Numbered from the stretch's first letter, positions 28,289 to 36,678 are shown. The stretch: DNA of 64,000 bases from a virus (IMGVR_UViG_3300027028_000045:2307-66306), one strand, 5' to 3'. Notes: a model not told the origin generated them from the sequence alone. Numbers and translations: made by a program.

Positions 28289-28800
28289 TGTCGACCATGA
28301 CGCTTGCGTGCGGGTTACTTTGTACGCAGCAACCAGCGACGGAAAAGCCTGCGCCTATATTAACGGATGATCAAGCGGCCTTACAACGAGCCAATCAGCG
28401 CATCAAGACGTTAGAGGGCGAATTAAAGGCGCTGAAGAAGGCGGCGGCTAAGAAACCGTTGCCAAACGTAGTCAATCGCAAGAAGGCGCCGCCAAAACTA
28501 GCGCAAACATACGAAGTGACTGCGTATACAAACGGCGCCGAGTCTACGGGCAAGTCAGCCGGCCATTCCGACTACGGAGTAACAGCAAGCGGCGCGCGTA
28601 CCAAAACGGGTCATACGATCGCCTGTCCGCCTTCATTGGCGTTCGGGACGCGGCTGAATATCGAAGGCATCGGCGTCAGGGTATGTGAAGATCGCGGCGG
28701 CGCAATTACGGAAGGTCATATCGATCTATACGTTGCGGGCGTGGGCGAGGCGAAAGCATTCGGACGACAGCGGCTAGAGGCGGAAATCATAACGAAATAA
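28246..28800 (+). CDS. 3D-domain (MltA-like) cell-wall protein
   Basis: VTAYT, TASG, IACPP...FGT, CEDRGGAI..HIDLYV; hydrophobic N-terminus; start uncertain. Confidence 0.85.
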   Translation: MDCAILRGGVCIGIMSTMTLACGLLCTQQPATEKPAPILTDDQAALQRANQRIKTLEGELKALKKAAAKKPLPNVVNRKKAPPKLAQTYEVTAYTNGAESTGKSAGHSDYGVTASGARTKTGHTIACPPSLAFGTRLNIEGIGVRVCEDRGGAITEGHIDLYVAGVGEAKAFGRQRLEAEIITK

Positions 28801-28962
28801 AATAGCGGAGGTTGCTCAGGTGGTTTATGACGGATTAACTGCGATCGTTGGCGCGAAAGTTGTTGAAGCAAGCGATCATTTAATAGTTTTCGATAACGGT
28901 ATACGGATAGAATGCGAAGATATCGAAAGTTACCTAAATGTAGCGCAATACGAGGAGGCGGA

Positions 28963-29814
28963 ATGATGACGGAAGAAAAGCGTACCATACACGTATTAAA
29001 GGACGAAAAGCTCGGTGTTGAGCGTGAATATGTTGCGGTGGATAGGAACGCGGAGGTTGGCGAGAAGATCGTAATTGTAGAGAAGAGCGGTAGTCAAGAT
29101 CCGTATAATGAAGGCGATATTTTTACAGTAGATGCTCTTTCGGAATCGGATGATTGCGTACGAAGTGCTGAGGCCATTTCTGACTTCAGCCATAAGGGCA
29201 CTATATTTCATACGGAATACCACGTACTCGAGCCGACCGACATCATCCACATTGACGGTGAGCGCTACCGTTTAGAAGATCGTAAGGCGGAAGCAGGCGA
29301 AGAAGTAATTGCGAAGAATGTTGACGGTAAATGGCCGAAGTTAGTTTCGGAAGTCCTCATTAGATTAAGATACTCCGTGATTATTAACGGTCGCATCATT
29401 AACGGTAAAAAGGCGACTTTCATAGATCATGGGTTCTATTACGTCCTCACTCCGGTTCAAGACGACCCTGAACCGAAAGAATCCGACGTTATCACCGTAC
29501 TTGCCAATCTAGGAGCAGAGGTGGCGGAATTAAAGCGGAAAAACGAACAATTCGAAAAAGCTCTCGGATGGAACGAAATGGGGCCGGGGTATATTCCGGA
29601 GATTCGCAACGGACTAAGCGAACTGAAATCGGTTGTATCTAATTACGAATCGGAGATCGGACGTATGCAAGCCGAAATCAACGCCCTCCACGAAGATAAA
29701 GTCCGTCTCGGCGAACAGCTCGCAAAGGTAACGGCTGATGATCCGAGAGCCTTGTCGTTTACTGCGGATGAGTTCGCGCAGATAATCGTAAGTCTATCGA
29801 GGGCCGGCCTATGA
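28963..29814 (+). CDS. phage protein with SH3-like modules and C-terminal coiled coil
   Basis: Start after GAGGAGG; AEVGEKIVIV motif like ORF 1452. Confidence 0.65.
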   Translation: MMTEEKRTIHVLKDEKLGVEREYVAVDRNAEVGEKIVIVEKSGSQDPYNEGDIFTVDALSESDDCVRSAEAISDFSHKGTIFHTEYHVLEPTDIIHIDGERYRLEDRKAEAGEEVIAKNVDGKWPKLVSEVLIRLRYSVIINGRIINGKKATFIDHGFYYVLTPVQDDPEPKESDVITVLANLGAEVAELKRKNEQFEKALGWNEMGPGYIPEIRNGLSELKSVVSNYESEIGRMQAEINALHEDKVRLGEQLAKVTADDPRALSFTADEFAQIIVSLSRAGL

Positions 29815-30371
29815 AACTCGCAATCACGGGTAAGCTAGGCGCCGGTAAAGACGTAGCCGTCGATTATCTCGTAGCCATGTACGAATTCTTTCCGTTTACG
29901 TTTTCCGCGAAAGGTAAGGCGCTATTCTACGAACTGTTTCCGGAACTACGCGGCGACGCAAAACAACGCCAGCCTATGCGTGATTTCATTGAGGGCCTCC
30001 GAGAACTACCGATACCTGGCGCTAAAGACGTATGGGTGAATGTAGTATTTCGGCGCATCAAGGAACACGAAAAGGTACGCTGTTGCCGACCTAGCAACGT
30101 ACTAATCACGGACATGAGGACACCGGAGGAATACGAACGCGCAAAGGCGGAGGGGTTTAAAATTCTACGTATTACTGCACCGTATGAAACACGTTTTGAT
30201 CGCGCAAAAAGACGTGGCGACAAATTCAAAGCGGCCGACTTAAACCACCCGACAGAAACGGCGCTCGATCGGTTCGAGGTCGATTATGAAATCGAAAATG
30301 ACGGCACGCTTGACGACCTGTATAAGCGGCTAGACGAAATCATGGCCGATCAGCTCAAAGAGAACGCGTAG
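29811..30371 (+). CDS. deoxynucleoside monophosphate kinase
   Basis: P-loop ITGKLGAGKD, ITDMR..EE, HPTET, IENDGTLDDL. Confidence 0.85.
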   Translation: MKLAITGKLGAGKDVAVDYLVAMYEFFPFTFSAKGKALFYELFPELRGDAKQRQPMRDFIEGLRELPIPGAKDVWVNVVFRRIKEHEKVRCCRPSNVLITDMRTPEEYERAKAEGFKILRITAPYETRFDRAKRRGDKFKAADLNHPTETALDRFEVDYEIENDGTLDDLYKRLDEIMADQLKENA

Positions 30372-30724
30372 GTACCTTTCGGATAGGCTAGGTGCGGCTG
30401 CTTAGACGCCTCGCCGTCGCCAATCAAAAAGAAGCGCAACGGTAATTCACGTTCTTCAAGACCTGCGCCTTCTAAAACGTGTCGAGCACGCTTACTATAC
30501 GCATCTTTATTGAAATTGAACGGCTGGACGTCCGCTTTAACCATTTCCGGCTTTGCAACGACTAGGCACGATTCATCTTTGTCGTAGCCGATCGTAAGTT
30601 GAAACGGCGTGTTTGGCGGTATACCAAGTAAAGCCCTAGCCGCAGCGTTAACATATATTCTTTTCTGACTATCCAACGTTATGTACGCGGTATTACTGAC
30701 CGCGGAAATCCACTCTAATGCCAT
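30350..30724 (-). CDS. AbrB/MraZ-like swapped-hairpin protein
   Basis: ITLDSQKRIYVNAAARALLGI resembles the AbrB D..GR..IP..R..LGI pattern; own RBS GAGGTG and TATAAT boxes. Confidence 0.5.
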   Translation of the reverse strand: MALEWISAVSNTAYITLDSQKRIYVNAAARALLGIPPNTPFQLTIGYDKDESCLVVAKPEMVKADVQPFNFNKDAYSKRARHVLEGAGLEERELPLRFFLIGDGEASKQPHLAYPKGTYAFSLS

Positions 30725-30801
30725 ACGGATACACCTCTCTTATTATATAAGACGATTATAGTCGATTCACGGACGGAAAGCAAACGAAGGAGGCGGTATG
30801 A

Positions 30802-31551
30802 TTGGGCGAATCAGTAACGGAGAAAATTAATCGTATATTTGGTATAGATGACTCGTATAAAGCTCCGTCAAGGCTTATGGAGATTTTGTTTGATCGAGAG
30901 CGTCGTGAGGAGGTGTTCCGACAATTCGTAGCGGACCCGGTACTTAATGCTACTGAGAAGGACGTCTTCCACGAATACTTTCAGGATGAGCACGCGGATA
31001 GAAAAACTAAGAAACAAGATTTTACTCCGCGTAGTGTGGCCGATCTTTTAGCGAGGGTTACTGACGGCGGACTTGAGTCGACTACTAGCTACGATGGGTG
31101 TGCGGGTACAGGCGGACTCACAATCGCAAAATGGCAGTCTGATCGCATTAAGCACTCACCGTTTGATTACAAGCCTTCGTGGTATTTCTATCACTGCGAA
31201 GAGATGAGTGATCGCGCAATACCTTTCCTGTTGTTTAATCTACTATTCCGAGGAATGAATGCCGTTGTCGTGCATTGCGACGTCCTGACTAGAAAAAGTA
31301 AAGGTGCGTTTTTTATTCAAAACGACCATGACGACTTTATGCATTTCTCAGCGCTGAACGTACTTCCATATACCGACCTCACCGCGGAAGAGTTAGACGT
31401 GACTTGGGATGATGACTTAATCCCCTATGACGATCTCATCGAATCGAAAGAGATCCCCGCCCATGTAATAAACCCAACGGAGTTCGGCGCAGTTAGCGCT
31501 GAAACTAAATTCCTTCATTTACTGTGCGGAATTGATGCAGAGGTGTCGTAA
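30802..31551 (+). CDS. N6-DNA-methylase-like SAM-binding protein (HsdM-like, no NPPY motif)
   Basis: QDFTP..VA.LL, YDGCAGTGGL, EEMSDRAIPFLLFNL..RGM, HCDVL. Confidence 0.7.
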   Translation: MGESVTEKINRIFGIDDSYKAPSRLMEILFDRERREEVFRQFVADPVLNATEKDVFHEYFQDEHADRKTKKQDFTPRSVADLLARVTDGGLESTTSYDGCAGTGGLTIAKWQSDRIKHSPFDYKPSWYFYHCEEMSDRAIPFLLFNLLFRGMNAVVVHCDVLTRKSKGAFFIQNDHDDFMHFSALNVLPYTDLTAEELDVTWDDDLIPYDDLIESKEIPAHVINPTEFGAVSAETKFLHLLCGIDAEVS

Positions 31552-31934
31552 TGGGCGCATCTACGAACAAGCCCGACCAGCACTTACGGTATGAAGCGCA
31601 GTATAAGCTCGACGGACCGGACGGCGTCAAGGCGCTTCTAGCCGACTACACAACGTTAAGACAACGGCGTTTCTTAGGCGACATGGCTGCTTGCGATATT
31701 CTAATCGACCTAGAACGCGCAATTGAATTAGCGGCCCTGACCGGTAAGCAATACAAGGCACTACGTTTAGTCTATTTCGATGATCTATCGCAAACACAGG
31801 CGGGTGCCTCGCTCGGGGTGCGTCAGGATGTCGTGGCTCAGCATATTGCGGTCGCGGTTAACAAAATCGCGGACATCTACTACTATTGGGCGTCACACGG
31901 CGAAGGGTACGGATATACGAAAGGGGCGATTTGA
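31551..31934 (+). CDS. sigma-70 region-4-type HTH regulator (possible late activator)
   Basis: LTGKQYKALRLVYFDDLSQTQAGASLGVRQDVVAQHI. Confidence 0.75.
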   Translation: MGASTNKPDQHLRYEAQYKLDGPDGVKALLADYTTLRQRRFLGDMAACDILIDLERAIELAALTGKQYKALRLVYFDDLSQTQAGASLGVRQDVVAQHIAVAVNKIADIYYYWASHGEGYGYTKGAI

Positions 31935-32092
31935 TGCTTAAAGTAAGTATCGCGAGTCGTATGAAACAGTTCCTGTGCGCCCATCATTACTACCCGGTAG
32001 CTATTGCCGAATTAGAGGATCGATCTAGTAATGTTGTGTACGGCTGTGAAAAATGCGGCTACATTTTAACACCGAAAAGGGAGGGCGCCTAA
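31934..32092 (+). CDS. small zinc-ribbon protein
   Basis: FLCAHHY...CEKCG. Confidence 0.5.
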   Translation: MLKVSIASRMKQFLCAHHYYPVAIAELEDRSSNVVYGCEKCGYILTPKREGA

Positions 32093-32596
32093 TTGACGAA
32101 GGAAGAACTACACGAAACCATTACGGTTCTATACGAACGCACAAAAGCCGGCGCCTTAGAACGCGAAGAACGTATCGCACAAATTGACGCCTTACTCGCG
32201 ACATATGAGGGCACACCGCCGGAAACCGCACTAGAACGTCTTTCCGACTTAATCCTGTACGAAGAACTATCGGACACGCGCCGCAATAAAATGACGGCAG
32301 AAGAATATCCGATCATGTCCGAAAATCAAGAAAATAGGCGCAAAGATGACCGCCATGTAAGAAAAAGACCCGAAGGTTCCGGTCGAGAGGTTTCATTGCG
32401 TGAAGCTAGTTCAGTCGATATTGGCGGACGTAGTTACAGACGTCCTGTTCGGAAAATATGGAGCAACAAAGACGTTAAATCACGAAACAGGAAACTGCGG
32501 AAACGATACAACGCTTTTGTAAGCGGAAAGTCTAGCGGACAATTCACCGTAAATATAGCAACCGGCATCAAAACGGTAAGGTCAGACGCTCAATAG
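32093..32596 (+). CDS. conserved-looking phage protein
   Basis: GGGAGG RBS; LERLSDLILYEEL...EYPIMS. Confidence 0.7.
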   Translation: MTKEELHETITVLYERTKAGALEREERIAQIDALLATYEGTPPETALERLSDLILYEELSDTRRNKMTAEEYPIMSENQENRRKDDRHVRKRPEGSGREVSLREASSVDIGGRSYRRPVRKIWSNKDVKSRNRKLRKRYNAFVSGKSSGQFTVNIATGIKTVRSDAQ

Positions 32597-32635
32597 GCGT
32601 CTTTTGTTTTGCGATAAATACGAAAAGGGGCGGGT

Positions 32636-33475
32636 ATGATGAAGTACGATCGCGTAGTAAATGAGGACGGAGAACTCGGCGTATTTGTGCCGGACGCCAT
32701 AAAAGCCGTCATTAGAACACCGGATGAACTCGAAAAGGCGCGACTTCGAGCGACCTTAGCGCCAAAGAAACGGTTTCATCATGGTCGCAATTATATCGTA
32801 TCTTACAATGATACTCTTAGCGCTATCATACGCGACCTATCACTTACGGAAGCAGGCGCAATGGTTAAAATCATGCTTCAGTTGCGTATCAAAAGCGACG
32901 GTAAGCTCGTCAAAGGGGCGAATCAAGCGCCGATGAATAAGTCGGACATAGCCCGTTTGCTTGACCGTAGCCGCTCGAATGCTAATGCGCTAGTCGGACG
33001 CTTGGTTGAACTCGGCTTGATCGAGCTAAAAGCCGACGGCATTTACGTAAGCAGTCGTTTTCATACGATGGGTGGCCGTATCAAAAACGAAGTATTTACG
33101 AAGGTCTATACGGTTAAAGCGCGGCAGACGATCGATAATCTGCGCCTGAATGAAATCGGCATGCTTTATAAGATCATCCCGTTCTTTCATTATAGCGAAT
33201 ATTATCTTTGCGCCGACCCTAACGCAAAGAAGGCGGACATTGACTACATCGGACGCGAAACGTTAGCTGAATTAATCGGACACGACGCATCAACGGTATC
33301 GAAAATCATGGGACGGCTGCAAGGTGTAGGCGCCGTATTAGTTACCGGAACACGCAACGAGGTACGTTACTTAGTACATCCGGATTTATTATTCCGCCAG
33401 CCCGAAGGCTTTAAAACGGAATGGACGGTTGCCGTACGAAAACTATTCGATGATCACGCCAAGAAGGCACGCTAG
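32636..33475 (+). CDS. double winged-HTH protein, RepL/replication-initiator-like
   Basis: Two HTHs: NKSDIARLLDRSRSNANALVGRLVELGLI and RETLAELIGHDASTVSKIMGRL; V(H)PDLLFR. Confidence 0.5.
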   Translation: MMKYDRVVNEDGELGVFVPDAIKAVIRTPDELEKARLRATLAPKKRFHHGRNYIVSYNDTLSAIIRDLSLTEAGAMVKIMLQLRIKSDGKLVKGANQAPMNKSDIARLLDRSRSNANALVGRLVELGLIELKADGIYVSSRFHTMGGRIKNEVFTKVYTVKARQTIDNLRLNEIGMLYKIIPFFHYSEYYLCADPNAKKADIDYIGRETLAELIGHDASTVSKIMGRLQGVGAVLVTGTRNEVRYLVHPDLLFRQPEGFKTEWTVAVRKLFDDHAKKAR

Positions 33476-33509
33476 TATGGTATGATTTTACTGCGGGGAG
33501 GTGAGACGG

Positions 33510-33569
33510 ATGATCAAAGCTATCACTAAGACAGGCGAAGTAAAGCCGGGCGGTTCTGCGTCTAAATAA
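33510..33569 (+). CDS. 19-aa micro-ORF MIKAITKTGEVKPGGSASK
   Basis: Extended -10 TGgTATGAT, RBS GGGAGGTG and a downstream hairpin terminator. Confidence 0.4.
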   Translation: MIKAITKTGEVKPGGSASK

Positions 33570-33573
33570 ACGA

Positions 33574-33598
33574 AAAAGGACGCCCATTAAGGCGTCCG
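33574..33598. terminator. terminator between convergent units
   Basis: AAAAAGGACGCC-CATTAA-GGCGTCC. Confidence 0.7.
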
Positions 33599-33633
33599 AA
33601 TTGTAAAGAAAACACGTTATTCTCTTTACTTTT

Positions 33634-33765
33634 TTATTTAACCAAGAGATGAATTGATATGGCTAGGAGTGCTATGCAGAATAACCCGATCAATAAAAGG
33701 ACTTTTGTTGCTAACTTCGTTTTTGTTACCTCTTTCTCGTTCTTTTTTTTGTCTGGATTATTCAT
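33634..33765 (-). CDS. 43-aa single-helix membrane peptide
   Basis: Hand translation MNNPDKKKNEKEVTKTKLATKVLLLIGLFCIALLAISIHLLVK; RBS AAAGGA. Confidence 0.6.
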   Translation of the reverse strand: MNNPDKKKNEKEVTKTKLATKVLLLIGLFCIALLAISIHLLVK

Positions 33766-33785
33766 AGTTCCAACATCCTTTCAGC

Positions 33786-34517
33786 TTATTTGATATACTT
33801 ATTATCTCCCCAGACTTTGTGTGTACCACCTTCAACATAGACGTATTGCTCTCTAGTCCCATACTGTGTACCCCACTTTGAAGAGACCAAGTGCCAAGCC
33901 CATCTCTGCATACCATAAAATACTTCCATACCGCCTTTCCTAGTGCCATTCTTGGTTATTTTCACAGGAGGGAAGTAAATGTAATTGATAAATGATTTAA
34001 CTTTGTTAGGAGAGCCTATTAGTGTATTTCCATCAGCCATATAATATAGTTCCACAGTGGTCTTAACGAGTGGAACACCAAGCAGTTTTTGCGTATGTGC
34101 TACAGCCGCTCTCCATTCAATCGCCGCATTGGTAGAGAATTGCGGTTCTTTATTTTCGGTATTTTCTTTAACAACTTCATAATCGCCATTAAGTGCAGTG
34201 GCTTTAGTTTCTCCTTTGTCAGAGAGAGAAGACTCATCTATTTCAGCCATTTCCTTTAAAGCCTTCTCATCATTCATGACATCCACAAACTTCTGTTGTT
34301 TATCCTTGGATAGAGCATTGAACTTCTTTAAAACTTTAACAGCATCGCCATCCAATCCTTCTTTAGCAATCTGATCAGCCATATAATTCTTGTAATCTTG
34401 AATCGTCTCTACTTTAACAGCATCGCGGCTTTTGCTATTTTCTGCGGCATTGACATTATACCCAAAAACAGACGACATCAGCAGTAGAGAAATAAAACCT
34501 AAAACGACTTTCTTCAT
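33786..34517 (-). CDS. secreted protein, 243 aa (AT-rich moron)
   Basis: Signal peptide MKKVVLGFISLLLMSSVFGYNVNA-A; acidic helical N-half, Trp/Gly/Tyr-rich beta C-half; AAGGAGG RBS. Confidence 0.8.
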   Translation of the reverse strand: MKKVVLGFISLLLMSSVFGYNVNAAENSKSRDAVKVETIQDYKNYMADQIAKEGLDGDAVKVLKKFNALSKDKQQKFVDVMNDEKALKEMAEIDESSLSDKGETKATALNGDYEVVKENTENKEPQFSTNAAIEWRAAVAHTQKLLGVPLVKTTVELYYMADGNTLIGSPNKVKSFINYIYFPPVKITKNGTRKGGMEVFYGMQRWAWHLVSSKWGTQYGTREQYVYVEGGTHKVWGDNKYIK

Positions 34518-34676
34518 ATTACGTATCCTCCTTGACTATTATGTAAAGCAATTTCAATTCTCGGTTAAATAGCCTTAAGATGCAATATGTATATGGTAAA
34601 TTAGTAAAAAATCCCCATTTAGAATGTCGGACTCTCCTGCCTTCTGAACGCCTTAAAGGACGTCTTTATTTTTGCG

Positions 34677-34862
34677 CTATATTCGCTTAGTCAGTCCGCA
34701 TTCGGAGCATTTACGGAGAAATACTCCGCCTTTAATCGAACTGTTAAACTTCGACGTATCGCAATTGTCGCAACGTCCGCTCTTAACGTCCGGTAACTCG
34801 CGGATATCATAAACGACGGATACGTCATAATCGCCTGGCTGCGGTCTAGTCACGTCTTTCAC
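34677..34862 (-). CDS. small zinc-ribbon protein
   Basis: CDNC...CSECG. Confidence 0.65.
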   Translation of the reverse strand: MKDVTRPQPGDYDVSVVYDIRELPDVKSGRCDNCDTSKFNSSIKGGVFLRKCSECGLTKRI

Positions 34863-34896
34863 CTCACAACCTACGTATTATAACGTATCTTGGCGC

Positions 34897-35028
34897 TTAT
34901 TTGAACAACTTACCGAAAGTCCTTCCGATGCCGCGTCGCATGATCCGTCCACCTACGTCGTTCTTTTTTACCGCGTTCACATCGCCTAGGAACCGTGCCC
35001 ACCCGTACAAGAATCTGCGGAATTTCAT
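34897..35028 (-). CDS. 43-aa cationic amphipathic peptide
   Basis: AAGGAGG RBS; MKFRRFLYGWARFLGDVNAVKKNDVGGRIMRRGIGRTFGKLFK. Confidence 0.65.
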   Translation of the reverse strand: MKFRRFLYGWARFLGDVNAVKKNDVGGRIMRRGIGRTFGKLFK

Positions 35029-35057
35029 ATCGTCGTCCTCCTTCGTATTTTAATCGT

Positions 35058-35441
35058 CTACCATCTCGTCACTGCGAAGCTCTTTGAATAGTAAGTGCCG
35101 AGTTTCTTCGTCTTGGCTGCGTTACTGTAAGCCGTTAATTTGATTCGATATTGCCCGTTTGTCATTGTCGAGGTGTAAAAGCGTTTGGTCGGCGTGCTTT
35201 TAACAAACTCGCCGCTTTGCGATTGTTTCGACTTCCAACCGTCCGTGTATTGTTGCTGAAGCGTCATTGTGTAATATACGCGGCTGCCGCTGCTTTTCGA
35301 TGCCACAACGTCCACTGACGTCGCTTTAGGCGTGTAGTAGGGTGCGTCAACCTTTAGCGTTATAGATGCCGCGTTGGCTGGCGTTGCCAAGCCGAGAGTC
35401 ATTAGTACCACCGCAATTGCTATTGTAATAAAACGTTTCAT
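35058..35441 (-). CDS. secreted all-beta protein
   Basis: Signal peptide MKRFITIAIAVVLMTLGLATPANA-A; Ig-like strand pattern. Confidence 0.75.
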   Translation of the reverse strand: MKRFITIAIAVVLMTLGLATPANAASITLKVDAPYYTPKATSVDVVASKSSGSRVYYTMTLQQQYTDGWKSKQSQSGEFVKSTPTKRFYTSTMTNGQYRIKLTAYSNAAKTKKLGTYYSKSFAVTRW

Positions 35442-35899
35442 TCTGATTCCTCCCGTTGTTCATTATTTTCGTAAATGGTGCCTATTCTCTCATACGAATC
35501 TAGCTTGAGCATTGTGTCCTGGACGAGGTAATCCGGTACAATTACATAACCACCTTCATTTGTGCAGGCAGGGTCTGTAGCTTCCGCATAAAAACCGAAA
35601 CATTTCGACGGCCCGTATTCATCCCCGCTTCCATCCTGTTCGTACTCACCGAATTTTACTGACGCTATATAGTTTCCGAACCAATTAGTAACATAGATTA
35701 AATCTCCGACAAACACGCCTTTTTCTTCGTCAAAACATAAATCCCGGGATATTAAGTCGTAATCTGAGTTATTAACGAATGGGGCGAGAGCTTCCGTTGG
35801 ATTCGTTTCTAAATCAGCTAAGTAACAGCGCTTTGTTTCGACCTTGCCTGTATTTTTATGCTTAAATACGTATCTGATGAGGCGGTTCATATACGTCAT
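35438..35899 (-). CDS. YopX-family protein
   Basis: VKFGEYEQD...GFY...YERIGTIYEN C-terminus. Confidence 0.7.
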   Translation of the reverse strand: MTYMNRLIRYVFKHKNTGKVETKRCYLADLETNPTEALAPFVNNSDYDLISRDLCFDEEKGVFVGDLIYVTNWFGNYIASVKFGEYEQDGSGDEYGPSKCFGFYAEATDPACTNEGGYVIVPDYLVQDTMLKLDSYERIGTIYENNEQREESE

Positions 35900-36095
35900 C
35901 TCCTTCGAGTTTTATATCGTATCCGAACGCGATCAGAGCGAGTCTAAAGCCGAAGTCAAAGCCGGCAGGCGCATCGTCGCGTTCTCTTTTAAATAGTTCG
36001 GCGGCTCTTTGCAGCGGATCGGCTGTCGTTTGTGTACCGCCTAAAGCCGTTAGTTTTACGTCCACTAAGCGATCTCCTCCTCGATGTTCGGACAT
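35862..36095 (-). CDS. hypothetical phage protein
   Basis: ORF in the reverse-strand operon; true start probably the internal GTG. Confidence 0.5.
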   Translation of the reverse strand: MSEHRGGDRLVDVKLTALGGTQTTADPLQRAAELFKRERDDAPAGFDFGFRLALIAFGYDIKLEGDDVYEPPHQIRI

Positions 36096-36245
36096 TTAGC
36101 GGCCGTTTCGATTTCTACGTCTAACCGGGCGAATGAACAGTCCGGGCAATTATACTCGATCATAAGGAATCCTCCACGATTTTAGTACGTCAGCGCCGTC
36201 TTAATTGCGTCGTAATAGTCTAGGTAGGGACGGCTGCTCGACGTC

Positions 36246-36404
36246 TTATTTTATTAGTGATTTTAAAGCGACCGTAAAGCCGAAAATGATTAACGTTGCG
36301 ATAGCTGCGCAATCTATCGGCTGCATTGAGCCGTAATCCGTGAACGCGATCCAAACGACCAGTACGATAATGAGCAACGTATCAAGCGTATTAATTTTGC
36401 GCAT
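36246..36404 (-). CDS. 52-aa two-helix membrane protein (yoyJ-like position)
   Basis: MRKINTLDTLLIIVLVVWIAFTDYGSMQPIDCAAIATLIIFGFTVALKSLIK. Confidence 0.65.
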   Translation of the reverse strand: MRKINTLDTLLIIVLVVWIAFTDYGSMQPIDCAAIATLIIFGFTVALKSLIK

Positions 36405-36422
36405 GTGTGATATAATTGATTG

Positions 36423-36493
36423 AACCGGGGCTTAGCGCCCCGTCCGTTTACTTGCGACGTTTCTTCTTGGAGGGAGACCGTCGCTTTTTCTTT
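36423..36493 (+). ncRNA. candidate antisense antitoxin RNA (SR6-like)
   Basis: Perfect extended -10 TGaTATAAT at 36408-36416; hairpins GGGGC/GCCCC and GCGACG...CGTCGC followed by a TTTTTCTTT tract; antisense to the toxin 3' end. Confidence 0.5.
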
Positions 36494-36597
36494 GCCTTCT
36501 TGCGTAATGACGTGATTTCCATTGCGGTTTTGATGATCGCCAACCACGACGCAAGCAAGACGGATATTTTAGTAGCTAGTTCAATCAATTCGTGCAC
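36448..36597 (-). CDS. 49-aa type I toxin-like peptide (YonT-like)
   Basis: MHELIELATKISVLLASWLAIIKTAMEITSLRKKAKKKRRSPSKKKRRK: hydrophobic helix plus polybasic tail; GTG start after AAAGGAGG. Confidence 0.65.
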   Translation of the reverse strand: MHELIELATKISVLLASWLAIIKTAMEITSLRKKAKKKRRSPSKKKRRK

Positions 36598-36614
36598 CTC
36601 CTTTCTGTACCTTT

Positions 36615-36678
36615 ATTATACGATATCGTATAACGTATGTCAACGGATATTGCGAAATAATATTCGTTATCGTATAAT
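36615..36678. promoter_or_regulatory. divergent sigma-A promoters with palindromic operators
   Basis: Reverse TTGACA-17-TATAAT (36615-36643); forward TTGCGA-17-TATAAT (36650-36678); perfect 18-bp palindrome TTATACGATATCGTATAA (36616-36633) and a 15/18 copy (36660-36677). Confidence 0.8.

Noticed and set aside
32150-32200. Shared LEREER motif between ORF 32093 and the TerL N-terminus
   Set aside because: Six-residue charged-helix match with no further similarity; not enough to claim a relationship
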